A DNA stretch of 64,000 bases from Rhizobacter sp. (GTDB lineage Bacteria; Pseudomonadota; Gammaproteobacteria; Burkholderiales; Burkholderiaceae_C). Under the pieces are notes generated by a model that did not search any database, was not told where the DNA came from, and saw only the letters and a program-made list of their open reading frames with translations. Below are positions 20,186 to 30,335 of this stretch, piece by piece. The DNA lies in contig JANNBF010000085.1 in NCBI GenBank assembly GCA_031385155.1, positions 25,949 through 89,948 on the forward strand. Direction: 5' to 3'. A program made the translations under genes and the position numbers. How positions within the stretch are numbered: the first letter of the stretch is position 1; every line of letters starts with the position of its first letter.

Positions 20186-21589
20186 ATGAACCGCGTGAAT
20201 GCACTCCATGACCTGAGCGCCGTCGAGCTGCTCGCCGCCTACCGCAGCAAAGCGCTGTCGCCGCTCGACGTGATGCGCGACGTGATTGCGCATGTGGCCG
20301 AATGGGAGCCGCACCTGCGCGCCACCTATGCGCTCGATGCCGACGCCGCGCTGGCGCAAGCCAAGGCCTCCGAAGCCCGCTGGCTCGCCGGCACACCGCA
20401 AGGCCCGCTCGACGGCGTGCCTCTGACGCTGAAGGAGAACATCGCCACGCGCGGCGTGCCCATCCCGCTCGGCAGCGCCGCCACCGAGCTGCTGCCCGCC
20501 GCACACGACGCACCGCCTGCAGCGCGAACGCGCGAGGCCGGCGCGGTGTGCTTCAGCAAGACCACGATGCCCGACTACGGCATGCTGTCATCGGGGCTGT
20601 CGAGCTTCCATGGGCTGACCCGCAACCCGTGGGACCTGCGCAAGAACCCCGGCGGCAGCAGCGCCGGTGCCGCCGCTGCAGCCGCCGCCGGCTATGGCCC
20701 GCTGCACGTGGGCACCGACATCGGCTGCTCGGTGCGCCTGCCCGCCGGCTGGTGCGGCGTGTTCGCGCTGAAGCCGAGCCTCGGCCGCATCCCCATCTTC
20801 CCGCCGTATGCCGGCCGCGTGGCCGGGCCGATGACGCGCACCGTGACTGACGCCGCCTTGCTGATGGCCACGCTGAGCCTGCCCGATGCGCGCGACACGA
20901 TGAGCCTGCCCTACCAGCCCATCGCCTGGCAGCAGCTCGACCGCGACGTGCGCGGCCTGAAGCTCGGCCTGTTGATGGACGCCGGCTGGGGTGATGCGGT
21001 CGAGCCCGAGGTGCGCGCTGCAGTGCTCGCCGCCGCGCGAGCGTTCGAAGCCGCCGGCGCGATCGTCGAGCCGATCAAGCCGTTCATGACACGCGCGATG
21101 GCCGACGGCATGGACGACTTCTGGCTCACGCGCTCGTGGCTCGACATCAGCGCGATGAGCGAGGCGCGCCGCGCCAAGGTGCTGCCGTACATCGTGGCCT
21201 GGGCGCAGGGCGGCGCGGGCCTGTCGGGCGAGCGCGTGTTCCGTGGCTACAGCCAGATGGGCGCGATGCGTGACGCTGCGGTGGCGGCGTGCGCGCCCTA
21301 TGACTTCGTGCTCTCGCCCACATCACCGATGCCGGCCTACGCGGCCGAGCTGCCGGCCCCGGCCAACGACCCGGCGCGGCCGTTCGAGCACATCGCGTTC
21401 ACGCTGCCGTACAACATGAGCGAGCAGCCCGCCGCGAGCATCAACGCGGGCTACACCGTGAGCGGCTTGCCGATCGGCCTGCAAATCATCGGCCAGCGCT
21501 TCGACGACCTCGGCGTGCTGCAGCTCGCCCGCGCCTGGGAGCAGATGCGGCCGGCGCAGCGCGCGTGGCCGGTGCCGCCGACACGCTGA
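20186..21589 (+). CDS. amidase (amidase signature family)
   Basis: LDGVPLTLKEN, TRNPW, PGGSSAGAAAA, GTDIGCSVRLPAGWCG. Confidence 0.92.
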   Translation: MNRVNALHDLSAVELLAAYRSKALSPLDVMRDVIAHVAEWEPHLRATYALDADAALAQAKASEARWLAGTPQGPLDGVPLTLKENIATRGVPIPLGSAATELLPAAHDAPPAARTREAGAVCFSKTTMPDYGMLSSGLSSFHGLTRNPWDLRKNPGGSSAGAAAAAAAGYGPLHVGTDIGCSVRLPAGWCGVFALKPSLGRIPIFPPYAGRVAGPMTRTVTDAALLMATLSLPDARDTMSLPYQPIAWQQLDRDVRGLKLGLLMDAGWGDAVEPEVRAAVLAAARAFEAAGAIVEPIKPFMTRAMADGMDDFWLTRSWLDISAMSEARRAKVLPYIVAWAQGGAGLSGERVFRGYSQMGAMRDAAVAACAPYDFVLSPTSPMPAYAAELPAPANDPARPFEHIAFTLPYNMSEQPAASINAGYTVSGLPIGLQIIGQRFDDLGVLQLARAWEQMRPAQRAWPVPPTR

Positions 21590-21608
21590 GCAACCCGCCG
21601 ACAGCGGC

Positions 21609-22577
21609 TCAGGCGGCCGCTTCGGCCCCCGTCATCAGCGCCACGAAGCGGTCGATGCCGATGTTGCCGCCCGACAGTGTCACGCCCACGCGCTGGCCGG
21701 CGAACTGGTCCTTGTGCAGCATCAACGCCGCCAGCGCGCAAGCACCCGACGGTTCGAGCACGACCTTCATGCGCTCGAAGGCAAAGCGCATCGCCTGCAC
21801 CACCAGCGGGTCGGGCACGGTGAGCACGTCGGTCACGAGGGCGCGGATCACCTCGAACGGGTGCGTGCCGATGGCCTGCGTTTGCTGGCCATCGCAGATG
21901 GTGCGCGGCACGTCGATGCTGACAATGCGGCCGGCGCGAAGCGACATCTGCATGTCGTTGCCGCGCTCGGGCTCGGCGCCATACATGCGGATAGCCGGGT
22001 TCAGGTGCTTCGCGGCCACGCTGCAGCCCGACAGAAAGCCGCCGCCGCCGGCGCAGACGATCAGCGCATCGAGCGGGCCCACGTCGTCGATCAACTCCAG
22101 CGCCGCCGTGCCCTGCCCGGCCATCACCGGCAGGTGGTCGAACGGCGGAATGAGTGCCGCGCCACGCTCGGCGACCAGTTGCTGCGCAATAGTCGCGCGG
22201 TCTTGCTTGTAGCGGTCGTAGACGATCACCTCGGCGCCGTAGCCCTTGGTCGCCGCCACCTTCTGCGCCGGCGCGTCGTGCGGCATCACGATGGTGGCTC
22301 GGCAGCCGTGCATCTGCGCGGCGAGTGCTACCGCCTGCGCGTGGTTGCCGGACGAGAACGCGACCACGCCGTGCGCGCGCTGTTCATCCGTCAGCACGTT
22401 CACCGCGTTGTAGCCACCGCGAAACTTGAACGCACCCATGCGCTGCAGGTTCTCGGCCTTCATGAACACGTTGGCACCGAGCAGCGCGTCGAGCGTGCGC
22501 GAGGTGAGCACCGGCGTGCGGTGGGCGATGCCCTTGATGCGGGCGGCGGCGGCTTCGATGTCGGTGAACTGGAGCAT
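21609..22577 (-). CDS. PLP-dependent serine/threonine dehydratase family (threo-3-hydroxyaspartate ammonia-lyase-like)
   Basis: KAENLQRMGAFKFRG, FSSGNHAQA, GQGTAALE, GGGGFLSG, LSGGN. Confidence 0.88.
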   Translation of the reverse strand: MLQFTDIEAAAARIKGIAHRTPVLTSRTLDALLGANVFMKAENLQRMGAFKFRGGYNAVNVLTDEQRAHGVVAFSSGNHAQAVALAAQMHGCRATIVMPHDAPAQKVAATKGYGAEVIVYDRYKQDRATIAQQLVAERGAALIPPFDHLPVMAGQGTAALELIDDVGPLDALIVCAGGGGFLSGCSVAAKHLNPAIRMYGAEPERGNDMQMSLRAGRIVSIDVPRTICDGQQTQAIGTHPFEVIRALVTDVLTVPDPLVVQAMRFAFERMKVVLEPSGACALAALMLHKDQFAGQRVGVTLSGGNIGIDRFVALMTGAEAAA

Positions 22578-22579
22578 GG

Positions 22580-23245
22580 TCAGAGTGGTGTCGGCGATGG
22601 GTTCGCCTCGGGCTGGGCAGGTGGTTCAGACGCTTGGGTCGCATCGATTCTGCATTGCTCGACCAGCGCCGCCCAGCCCTCGGCGCCGAGCGCATCGAGC
22701 GTGCGCAGGTTCGCGTCGACGATGGCCTCGGGCTCGGGGAAGGCCTCGACCGCGCGGTCGATGCTGTCTTCGCGCAGCAGGTGCAGCGTGGGGTAGGGCG
22801 AGCGGTTGGTGGCGTTGCTCACGTCATGCAAGTCGGTGCCCGCGAACTGGTACTGCGGGTGGAAGCTCGCGACCTGGATCTCGCCTTCCAGGCCCAGCGC
22901 GTCGACGAGGCTGTCGACGGCGTCGAGCGCCTGGTTGAAGTCGGCAAAGTCGCCGAGCACGTGCGGGTGAACCAGCAGCGTGGTCTCGGTCTCGGCCGGG
23001 TCGGCCTGCGCGAGGTGGCGCAACTCAGCGGCCAGGTGCAGCAGCAGCGCCGGCAGGTCGCGCGCGTCGCTTGCGACGATGCGCACCTGGCCCTTGACCA
23101 GCGGCGCCTTCGCGAACGGGCACAGGTTCAGGCCGACGACAGCGCGCGTGACCCAGGCGCGGGTGTGCTGGACGGCGGTGTCGGGTGTCGGCGCGAGTGT
23201 GGGCGCAGGTGGGGGCGCGGGCGGGGTCGGGGCGGTTGCACTCAT
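22580..23245 (-). CDS. DUF1415 family protein
   Basis: VVGLNLCPFAK, ETTLLVHP, IQVASFHPQYQFAG, TNRSPYPTLHLLRE. Confidence 0.88.
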   Translation of the reverse strand: MSATAPTPPAPPPAPTLAPTPDTAVQHTRAWVTRAVVGLNLCPFAKAPLVKGQVRIVASDARDLPALLLHLAAELRHLAQADPAETETTLLVHPHVLGDFADFNQALDAVDSLVDALGLEGEIQVASFHPQYQFAGTDLHDVSNATNRSPYPTLHLLREDSIDRAVEAFPEPEAIVDANLRTLDALGAEGWAALVEQCRIDATQASEPPAQPEANPSPTPL

Positions 23246-24114
23246 GCCGAATCATGCATGCGCACGAAGGTGGCGAAGCGCGGCAGCCCGGTGGACGTGA
23301 GGTCGCGGTAGCGGTAGGTGATGACGCTGCCGGTCGGTGGTGGCGAGCGGCGCTGCGCATCGCCTAGGCCGCTGCCGATGGCGAACTCGCGGCCCTCGGG
23401 GGTGCGCACCCAGAGCGCGCCGGTCTGCCCGGCGTACTTGCCCTTGCCCGGCAGGTGGGCCAGCACCTGCGCTTCGCTGTCGAGGTGCGGCTTGAGCTTG
23501 ACGAGCACGTCGCTGCGGCCGGTCTGGTAGGGCGCATCGGCGCGGTGCAGCACCAGGCCTTCACCACCTTGGGCCAGCACGCGCGCCAGGTGCGCGCGCA
23601 GCGCGGCGGGGTCGGAGACCGGGCGTTGCTCGACGGCATGCAGTTGCGGCATGGCCGCCTGCCGCACCACGTCGCGGATGCGCTCTGCGCGCTGCGCGAA
23701 GCTGCCCGCCGCGCCCGGCAGCTCGAAGACCTGGTAGTGCACTTGCTGCCACGCTGCGGCGTCGGGCACGTCGCTGCGCACCAGGCCGCTGAGCGCATCG
23801 AACCGGCCACGCGCGAGCCACAGTTCGCCGTCGAGCGGCACCGGCGGCAGCGCGGCCGTGAACGCGGCTGGCGCATGTACCGGGCGGCCGCTTCGGAATC
23901 GCAGAACCCGGCCGTCCCACAGGGCGCGCACGCCGTCGAACTTCTCGCTGGCGAGGTAGAGGCGCGGGTCGAGGTGATCGCCGTAGACGTTGGCCAGCAT
24001 CACGCCGGGCGGAAGCTCGCCGCCAATGGCCGCGTCGGGGCCCGCGAAGGCTTGTCGGGTCGGCAGCGCGAGGGCGGCCAGCGCGGTCAGAAAGGTTCTT
24101 CGCATCGTGTTCAT
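23242..24114 (-). CDS. minimal ATP-dependent DNA ligase with export signal (LigE type)
   Basis: C-terminal 290 aa of ORF 23242..27240: MNTMRRTFL signal, SEKFDGVRA (KxDG), LDGELW, GEGLVL, KLKP, and OB-fold GSGL...TYRY...GLPRF. Confidence 0.9.
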   Translation of the reverse strand: MNTMRRTFLTALAALALPTRQAFAGPDAAIGGELPPGVMLANVYGDHLDPRLYLASEKFDGVRALWDGRVLRFRSGRPVHAPAAFTAALPPVPLDGELWLARGRFDALSGLVRSDVPDAAAWQQVHYQVFELPGAAGSFAQRAERIRDVVRQAAMPQLHAVEQRPVSDPAALRAHLARVLAQGGEGLVLHRADAPYQTGRSDVLVKLKPHLDSEAQVLAHLPGKGKYAGQTGALWVRTPEGREFAIGSGLGDAQRRSPPPTGSVITYRYRDLTSTGLPRFATFVRMHDSA

Positions 24115-24222
24115 GGTGGAAGCCTGGGGTGGGGAATGGGCGCATGATGGTGCGCGCCACCCCGGGCCGTCCATCCACTGGCCGAGGGCACCCGAACGGG
24201 GGCCTGGCGCGAGGGGCGTTCC

Positions 24223-24228
24223 TATAAT
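24223..24228 (+). promoter_or_regulatory. sigma70 -10 box (TATAAT) for leuS
   Basis: Perfect TATAAT ~50 bp upstream of the leuS ATG in a GC-rich spacer. Confidence 0.55.
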
Positions 24229-24276
24229 CGATGCCACCTTGCCCGGCATCTTGCTTGGTACATCGAGCAGCACCGC

Positions 24277-26961
24277 ATGAACCCCGATTTCAAACCCGAC
24301 CAGATCGAGCGCGCCGCGCAAGCCGCGTGGGCTGCGGCCGATGCCTACCGCGTCATCGAGAACGCGCTCGATGCCAATGGCCAGCCGAAGCCGAAGTTCT
24401 ACGCCTGCTCGATGCTGCCCTACCCCAGCGGCAAGCTGCACATGGGCCACGTGCGCAACTACACCATCAACGACATGCTCACGCGCCAGCTGCGCATGAA
24501 GGGCATGAACGTGCTGATGCCGATGGGCTGGGACGCCTTCGGCCTGCCAGCCGAGAACGCGGCGATGGCCAACAACGTGCCACCGGCCGAATGGACGCGC
24601 GCGAACATCGCCGACATGAAGGCGCAGATGCAGCCGCTGAGCCTGGCGTTCGACTGGTCGCGCGAGATCGCCACCTGTGACCCGAGCTACTACAAGTGGA
24701 ACCAGTGGTTCTTCCTGAAGCTGCTCGACAAGGGCCTGGCCTACATGAAGACCCAGGTCGTCAACTGGGACCCGGTCGACCAGACCGTGCTTGCGAACGA
24801 GCAGGTGATCGACGGCCGCGGCTGGCGCAGCGACGCGCTCGTCGAGCGGCGCGAGATCCCGGGCTACTACCTCGCGATCACGAAGTACGCCGACGAACTG
24901 CTCGACAACGTGGCCGACCCCACGGCCCCCGGCTATCTGCACGGCTGGCCGGAGCGCGTGCGGCTGATGCAGGAGCACTGGATCGGCAAGAGCGAGGGCG
25001 TGCGCTTCGCCTTCCCGCACACCATTCACGGCTCCGATGGCAAGCTGGTCGGTGACGGCCGGATGTACGTGTTCACGACCCGCGCCGACACCATCATGGG
25101 CGTCACGTTCTGCGCCGTCGCACCCGAGCACCCGCTGGCGGCGCACGCGGCGCTGTCCGACCCCAAGGTCGCCGCGTTCATCGAGGCGTGCAAGGCCGGC
25201 GGCACGACCGAAGCCGAGCTCGCAACCCAAGAGAAAAAGGGTGTGGCGACCGGCCTGACCGTCGACCACCCGCTGACGCACGAACCCATCGCGGTGTGGG
25301 TCGGCAACTACGTGCTGATGAGCTACGGCGACGGCGCAGTGATGGGCGTGCCCGGCCACGACGAGCGCGACTTCGCGTTCGCGAAGAAGTACGGCATCGA
25401 CATCCTGCAGGTCATTCACGCTGACGGCGAGGCGCACTTCAGCTACGACCACTGGCAGGATTGGTACGCGCTGAAAGACACGACGGGCGAGCGCACCGTC
25501 ACGATCAACTCCGACGTGTACAGCGGCCTCACGTTCCAGGGGGCGGTCGATGCCGTGGCAAACGCGCTCGAGCACAAGCACCTCGGTGGCAAGAAGACGA
25601 CCTGGCGCCTGCGCGACTGGGGCATCAGCCGCCAACGTTACTGGGGCACGCCGATCCCGATCATTCACTGCGCCGCATGCGGCCCGGTGCCGGTGCCCGA
25701 AGAAGACCTTCCGGTCGTGCTGCCCGAAGACCTGATCCCCGACGGCAGCGGCAACCCGCTCAACAAGCACCACGCGTTCCTGAACGTGGCGTGCCCGACC
25801 TGCGGCAAACCGTCGCGGCGCGAGACCGACACGATGGACACCTTCGTCGATTCGGCCTGGTACTACATGCGCTATGCCTGCCCCGACAGCGCCGGTGCGA
25901 TGGTCGATGCGCGCAACGCCTACTGGAACCCGATGGACCAGTACATCGGCGGCATCGAACACGCCGTGCTGCACCTGCTCTACGCGCGCTTCTGGACCAA
26001 GGCGATGCGCGACCTGGGCCTGGTCGAGAACGGCGAGCCGTTCACCAAGCTCTTCACGCAGGGCATGCTGCTCAACGAGTCGTTCTACCGCGAAGACGAC
26101 GCCGGCAAGAAGCGCTGGTTCTACCCCAGCGAAGTCACGATCAGCCACGACGACAAGGGCCACCCGGTGGGCGCCGTGGCCGTCGAAGACGGGCTGCCGG
26201 TGCTGCTCGGTGGCGTCGAGAAGATGTCGAAGTCGAAGAACAACGTGGTCGAGCCGCGCGACATCATCGCCAAGTTCGGTGCCGACACGGCGCGCCTGTT
26301 CACGATGTTCGCAGCACCGCCCGACCAGAGCGCGGCCTGGTCCGACAGCGGCGCCGAAGGCTCGTTCCGCTACCTGCGCCGGCTCTGGGCGTTCGGTGTC
26401 AAGCATGCCGAGGTGATTGGCTCGGCCACGTCGACACCGACACCGAACGGCGCCGGCGCCGCAGCCAAGGAACTGCGCCGCGAAGTGCACCTGCTGCTGC
26501 GCCAGATCAGCCACGACTACGAGCGCATTCAGTACAACACCGTGGTCTCGGGCTGCATGAAACTGCTGAACGCGTTCGAGGGTGCGAAGCTCGACGCCAC
26601 GCCTGCGGATGCAGCCGTGCTGCGCGAAGGCTTCGGCATCTTGCTGCGCGCGCTGTACCCGGCCGCGCCGCACACTGCTTGGCAGTTGTGGCAAGACCTG
26701 GGCTACGAGCGCGACCACGGCGACCTGCTCGACGCACCCTGGCCGGCAGTCGACATGGCAGCGCTGGAGCAGAGCGAGATCGAACTGATGCTGCAGGTCA
26801 ACGGCAAGCTGCGCGGCAGCATCCGCGTGGCGGCAACGGCGGGCAAGCACACCATCGAAGCGGCGGCGCTGAAGAGCCCGGACTACATCAAGTTCGCCGA
26901 GGGCAAGCGCCCGAAGAAGGTGATCGTGGTGCCGGGCCGGCTCGTGAACATCGTCGTTTGA
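24277..26961 (+). CDS. leuS: leucine--tRNA ligase
   Basis: [11 protein letters not shown] (HIGH), [29 protein letters not shown]; leuS-lptE-holA synteny. Confidence 0.98.
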   Translation: MNPDFKPDQIERAAQAAWAAADAYRVIENALDANGQPKPKFYACSMLPYPSGKLHMGHVRNYTINDMLTRQLRMKGMNVLMPMGWDAFGLPAENAAMANNVPPAEWTRANIADMKAQMQPLSLAFDWSREIATCDPSYYKWNQWFFLKLLDKGLAYMKTQVVNWDPVDQTVLANEQVIDGRGWRSDALVERREIPGYYLAITKYADELLDNVADPTAPGYLHGWPERVRLMQEHWIGKSEGVRFAFPHTIHGSDGKLVGDGRMYVFTTRADTIMGVTFCAVAPEHPLAAHAALSDPKVAAFIEACKAGGTTEAELATQEKKGVATGLTVDHPLTHEPIAVWVGNYVLMSYGDGAVMGVPGHDERDFAFAKKYGIDILQVIHADGEAHFSYDHWQDWYALKDTTGERTVTINSDVYSGLTFQGAVDAVANALEHKHLGGKKTTWRLRDWGISRQRYWGTPIPIIHCAACGPVPVPEEDLPVVLPEDLIPDGSGNPLNKHHAFLNVACPTCGKPSRRETDTMDTFVDSAWYYMRYACPDSAGAMVDARNAYWNPMDQYIGGIEHAVLHLLYARFWTKAMRDLGLVENGEPFTKLFTQGMLLNESFYREDDAGKKRWFYPSEVTISHDDKGHPVGAVAVEDGLPVLLGGVEKMSKSKNNVVEPRDIIAKFGADTARLFTMFAAPPDQSAAWSDSGAEGSFRYLRRLWAFGVKHAEVIGSATSTPTPNGAGAAAKELRREVHLLLRQISHDYERIQYNTVVSGCMKLLNAFEGAKLDATPADAAVLREGFGILLRALYPAAPHTAWQLWQDLGYERDHGDLLDAPWPAVDMAALEQSEIELMLQVNGKLRGSIRVAATAGKHTIEAAALKSPDYIKFAEGKRPKKVIVVPGRLVNIVV

Positions 26962-26986
26962 GCGTCGTTTGAGTTCAGCATTGAAC

Positions 26987-27475
26987 ATGCCGCGCCGCGC
27001 CCTGCTGCTGGCCTGCGGGGCTGTGCTGGCCGGCTGCGGCTTCGAATTGCGGCGCGCGCCGGAGTTGCGCTTTCGCACCATCCAGCTCACTGGCTTCAAG
27101 CCGCATTCGCCGCTCTTCGATGAACTGCGGCGCAGCATCGATGCGAGCACAACGACCATCGTCGTTGACGCGCTGCCGCAGGCGCAGGTGGTGCTCGAAG
27201 CCCTGACCGACGCGCGCGAGAAGGTGGTCGTCGCGAGCAACTCCGTCGGGCAGGTGACCGAACTTCAATTGCGCGCGCGCTTCGTCTTCCGCCTGCGCAG
27301 TGTGGCCGGCAAAGAGCTGATCCCACCGGCCGAGATCGTGCAGAGCCGCGACCTCAGCTACACAGAGAGCGCGGCACTCGGCAAGGAGCAGGAAGAGGCC
27401 TTCCTGTACCGAACGATGCAGAGCGACATCGTGGCGCAGGTGCTGCGCCGGCTCGCATCGGTGCGGGGCGTTTGA
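26987..27475 (+). CDS. lptE: LPS assembly lipoprotein LptE
   Basis: Lipobox LAGCGFELR; LGKEQEE...MQSDIVAQVLRRL; lies between leuS and holA. Confidence 0.92.
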   Translation: MPRRALLLACGAVLAGCGFELRRAPELRFRTIQLTGFKPHSPLFDELRRSIDASTTTIVVDALPQAQVVLEALTDAREKVVVASNSVGQVTELQLRARFVFRLRSVAGKELIPPAEIVQSRDLSYTESAALGKEQEEAFLYRTMQSDIVAQVLRRLASVRGV

Positions 27476-27494
27476 CGCCGCGCTTCTGCCCGCC

Positions 27495-28589
27495 ATGCAA
27501 GTTCGCGCCGATCAACTCAAAGCCCACCTGAGCAAGGGCGTGCGCCCGCTCTACACGGTGTGGGGCGACGAGCCGCTGCTGGCGCAGGAAGCGGGTGACG
27601 CGATCCGCGCCGCTGCGCGTGCCGCCGGCTGCAGCGAGCGCCAGGTGCACACCGTCGCCGGCAACCACTTCGACTGGAGCGGCCTGCTCGGCGCGTCGAT
27701 GGCGATGAGCCTGTTCTCGGACAAGCAGTTGATCGAGATCCGCATCCCGTCCGGCAAGCCGGGCAAGGACGGCTCGGCCGCGCTGCAGCGCTATTGCCAG
27801 CACCTGTCGGACGACGTGGTGACGCTGGTGCAATTGCCCAAGCTCGACCGCACACAGCAGACCGGCGCGTGGTTCCTGGCGCTTGATGCCGCCGGCGTGA
27901 CGGTGCGTGTCGACCCGGTCGAGCGCGCCGCGCTGCCGCTGTGGATCGCGCAACGCCTGAAGGCGCAGGGGCAACAGGTACAGGCAGGCGAGGCCGGGCA
28001 ACGCACGCTCGCGTTCTTTGCCGACCGCGTCGAGGGCAACCTGCTCGCCGCGCACCAGGAGATCCAGAAGCTCGGTCTGCTCTACCCGGCGGGCGAACTG
28101 GCGTTCGAGCAGGTCGAGGCCGCCGTGCTGAACGTGGCCCGCTACGACGTGTTCAAGCTCGGCGAGGCGGTGCTGGCGGGCCAGGTGGCGCGCGCGCTGC
28201 GCATGCTCGAAGGCCTGCGCGCCGAGGGCGAGGCCGCCGTGCTGGTGCACTGGACGCTGACCGAAGACATCCGCAACCTCAAGCGCGTGAAAGACGCGGT
28301 GAGTGCCGGCCGGCCGCTGCCGATGGCCTTGCGCGAGGTTCGCGTGTGGGGCGCCAAGGAGCGCCTGTTCGAGCGCGTGGTGCCGCTGCTCAGCGACCAC
28401 GCCGCCGCGCACTTGCTGGAGGCCGCGCAGGTGTGCGACGGGCTCGTCAAAGGCCTGAAGCACCCCGACTGGCCGCTGGAGCCGTGGGACGGCCTGAAGC
28501 GCCTCGTGCTGATGGTGTGCGAGCGCGTCGCGGCGGGGCAGGCCCGGCGAGACAGCCCTGCTGGGCCCCGACTGGCGCTGAACGCTTAG
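27495..28589 (+). CDS. holA: DNA polymerase III subunit delta
   Basis: GDEPLLAQE, MSLFSDKQLIEIRIPSGKPGKDG, VEGNLLAAHQEIQKL. Confidence 0.95.
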   Translation: MQVRADQLKAHLSKGVRPLYTVWGDEPLLAQEAGDAIRAAARAAGCSERQVHTVAGNHFDWSGLLGASMAMSLFSDKQLIEIRIPSGKPGKDGSAALQRYCQHLSDDVVTLVQLPKLDRTQQTGAWFLALDAAGVTVRVDPVERAALPLWIAQRLKAQGQQVQAGEAGQRTLAFFADRVEGNLLAAHQEIQKLGLLYPAGELAFEQVEAAVLNVARYDVFKLGEAVLAGQVARALRMLEGLRAEGEAAVLVHWTLTEDIRNLKRVKDAVSAGRPLPMALREVRVWGAKERLFERVVPLLSDHAAAHLLEAAQVCDGLVKGLKHPDWPLEPWDGLKRLVLMVCERVAAGQARRDSPAGPRLALNA

Positions 28590-28599
28590 CGTTTGGCGG

Positions 28600-29193
28600 C
28601 TAGCGTTTGGCCGCCGGGCGCTTGATTGCCGGGCTCTTGCCCAGCCGCCCGGTGCGGCGCTGCTTCGCCGCCGCGCCGTACGTCGCCGGCACTTCGTGCA
28701 CCGCCGGCCCGTGCTTTTGCGCCGGCGTGTTGAACGGGTTGACGACCCGAAGGTCCGGCCCGGCGCCGGCCGGTGATGCGTAACGCCGGCCTTCCTGCAG
28801 GTCTTCGCTGAAGAGCACCGAACAGCGCGCGTCGAGCGCGGCTTGCACGACCAGCGCGTCCCAGATCGAGAGCTGCTCGCGCTGCTGCAAGGCGACGCCA
28901 CGGAGCACCGAATCCGCACTGGCCGGCACCACCGTGTGCTCCGCCAGCCGAGCGAGCAGGCTGTGGGCCTGGGCCGGCGTCATCCAGCGCTTGCGCACGG
29001 CCACGGCATAGAACTCCTGCATGACCTGGATGCTGATGACGAGGCGGTCGGCCTTGATGGCGGCGTCCATCGTCTCTTGCGCGCGCAGCTGCTTGAACGG
29101 GTCGGCCCGGTCTTGCGCGTAGATCAGGATGTGGGTATCGAAGAACATGCCGCCGGGCTCTGGCGGCAGCACGGCGCGTGGGTTTGGGACCAT
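28600..29193 (-). CDS. PIN-domain toxin (VapC-like)
   Basis: FFDTHILIYA, SIQVMQEFY, LSIWDALVVQAA, LFSEDLQEG, VVNPF; ATG 29193 overlaps the antitoxin stop (TGATG). Confidence 0.88.
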   Translation of the reverse strand: MVPNPRAVLPPEPGGMFFDTHILIYAQDRADPFKQLRAQETMDAAIKADRLVISIQVMQEFYAVAVRKRWMTPAQAHSLLARLAEHTVVPASADSVLRGVALQQREQLSIWDALVVQAALDARCSVLFSEDLQEGRRYASPAGAGPDLRVVNPFNTPAQKHGPAVHEVPATYGAAAKQRRTGRLGKSPAIKRPAAKR

Positions 29194-29342
29194 CACCGCA
29201 ACGTCACCGAGAAGGCGCCGGCCGTGGCGAACGCCGCAATCGCCTGACGGCACACCTTGTTCACGCTGGTGCCCTGCTGCACGGCCTTGACGCGGGCGGC
29301 GTGCAGCAGGTCGTCGTCAACGGTGATGGTGAGGTTGCTCAT
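29193..29342 (-). CDS. short ribbon-helix-helix antitoxin (49 aa)
   Basis: Hand translation: MSNLTITVDDDLLHAARVKAVQQGTSVNKVCRQAIAAFATAGAFSVTLR; below the ORF-track length cut-off; coupled to the PIN gene. Confidence 0.8.
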   Translation of the reverse strand: MSNLTITVDDDLLHAARVKAVQQGTSVNKVCRQAIAAFATAGAFSVTLR

Positions 29343-29358
29343 GGGTGGCGCCCAGAAT

Positions 29359-29377
29359 TAACACCGGATCCGTGTTA
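29359..29377. promoter_or_regulatory. putative TA autorepression operator (TAACAC-N7-GTGTTA)
   Basis: Inverted repeat with internal GGATCC, ~17 bp upstream of the RHH antitoxin ATG. Confidence 0.6.
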
Positions 29378-29387
29378 GCGGGGGGAT

Positions 29388-30323
29388 TCAGTAGCCGCGA
29401 ACGCGGTCCACGCAGTGCAATACTCCCCGCCCCTCGCGCAGCGCACGCACGTTGGCCGCCGCCACCAGCGCCGCGCTGCGCGGGTCGGTGGGTGCGGCCA
29501 CATGCGGCAGAACCGTGACCTGTGGGTGCGACCAGAACACATGGTCGGCCGGCAGCGGCTCGGTGGTGAACACGTCGAGCACCGCATGCGCGATGTGGCC
29601 GCTGGCCAGCGCGGCGAGCAAGTCGGCGTCGACCACATGCGCGCCGCGCGCCAGGTTCACGAGCGCCGAGCCGCGCGGCATGAGGGCCAACGTGCCGGCG
29701 TTGAAGAGGCCGGCGGTCACGGCCGTGAGCGGCAGCAGGTTCACGACGACCTGCGCTTGCGCGAGCACCTGCGGCAACGCGGACATGCCGGCATGCGTGG
29801 TCAAGCCGTCGAGGCAGGCGCCGCGCGTGCTCCAACCGAGCACGCGATAGCCGTGCCTCGCCAGCATGAGCGCGGCGCACGAGCCCATCTGGCCGAGGCC
29901 GAGCACCGCGACGGTCACGTCACCCGCGCGCACCGGCGCGCGGGGCTGCCAGCGCCGCTCGCGCTGCTGCGCCGCATAGCCGAAGAAGCCGCGCTGCAGG
30001 CTCAACACGGCCCAGAGCGCGGTCTGTGCCATCAACAGGTTCATGGCGGGGTCGACCATGCGCGCCAGCGGCACGCCACTGGGCACGGTCGGGTCGCCGA
30101 GCAGCTTGTCGACCCCCGCCCACAGCGACTGGATCAGCTTCAGCGACGACAGGCCCTGCAACGCGCCCGTTGGCGGGTTGGCCACGAGCGCAACGTCGAT
30201 CTCATCGCTGCGGCAGCCGCTGCGGCCACGCACCAGCTGCTCACCGGGGAACGCCGCCTCCAAGCACGGCCACCAGGCAGCCCACTCGTCGACGTCAAAG
30301 TCAGCGGCAACGAGGATGGCCAT
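29388..30323 (-). CDS. ghrA: glyoxylate/hydroxypyruvate reductase A-like D-2-hydroxyacid dehydrogenase
   Basis: SLWAGVD, VLGLGQMG, NLLPLT, VNLARG, AVLDVF, EPLP, VLPHVAA. Confidence 0.82.
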   Translation of the reverse strand: MAILVAADFDVDEWAAWWPCLEAAFPGEQLVRGRSGCRSDEIDVALVANPPTGALQGLSSLKLIQSLWAGVDKLLGDPTVPSGVPLARMVDPAMNLLMAQTALWAVLSLQRGFFGYAAQQRERRWQPRAPVRAGDVTVAVLGLGQMGSCAALMLARHGYRVLGWSTRGACLDGLTTHAGMSALPQVLAQAQVVVNLLPLTAVTAGLFNAGTLALMPRGSALVNLARGAHVVDADLLAALASGHIAHAVLDVFTTEPLPADHVFWSHPQVTVLPHVAAPTDPRSAALVAAANVRALREGRGVLHCVDRVRGY

Positions 30324-30335
30324 GGGGCCGCTCCG

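Noticed and set aside
24115-27240. 1332-aa minus-strand ORF 23242..27240 as a giant ligase fusion
   Set aside because: The first ~1040 aa are the antisense shadow of leuS/lptE; only the last 290 aa have ligase motifs and their own signal peptide.
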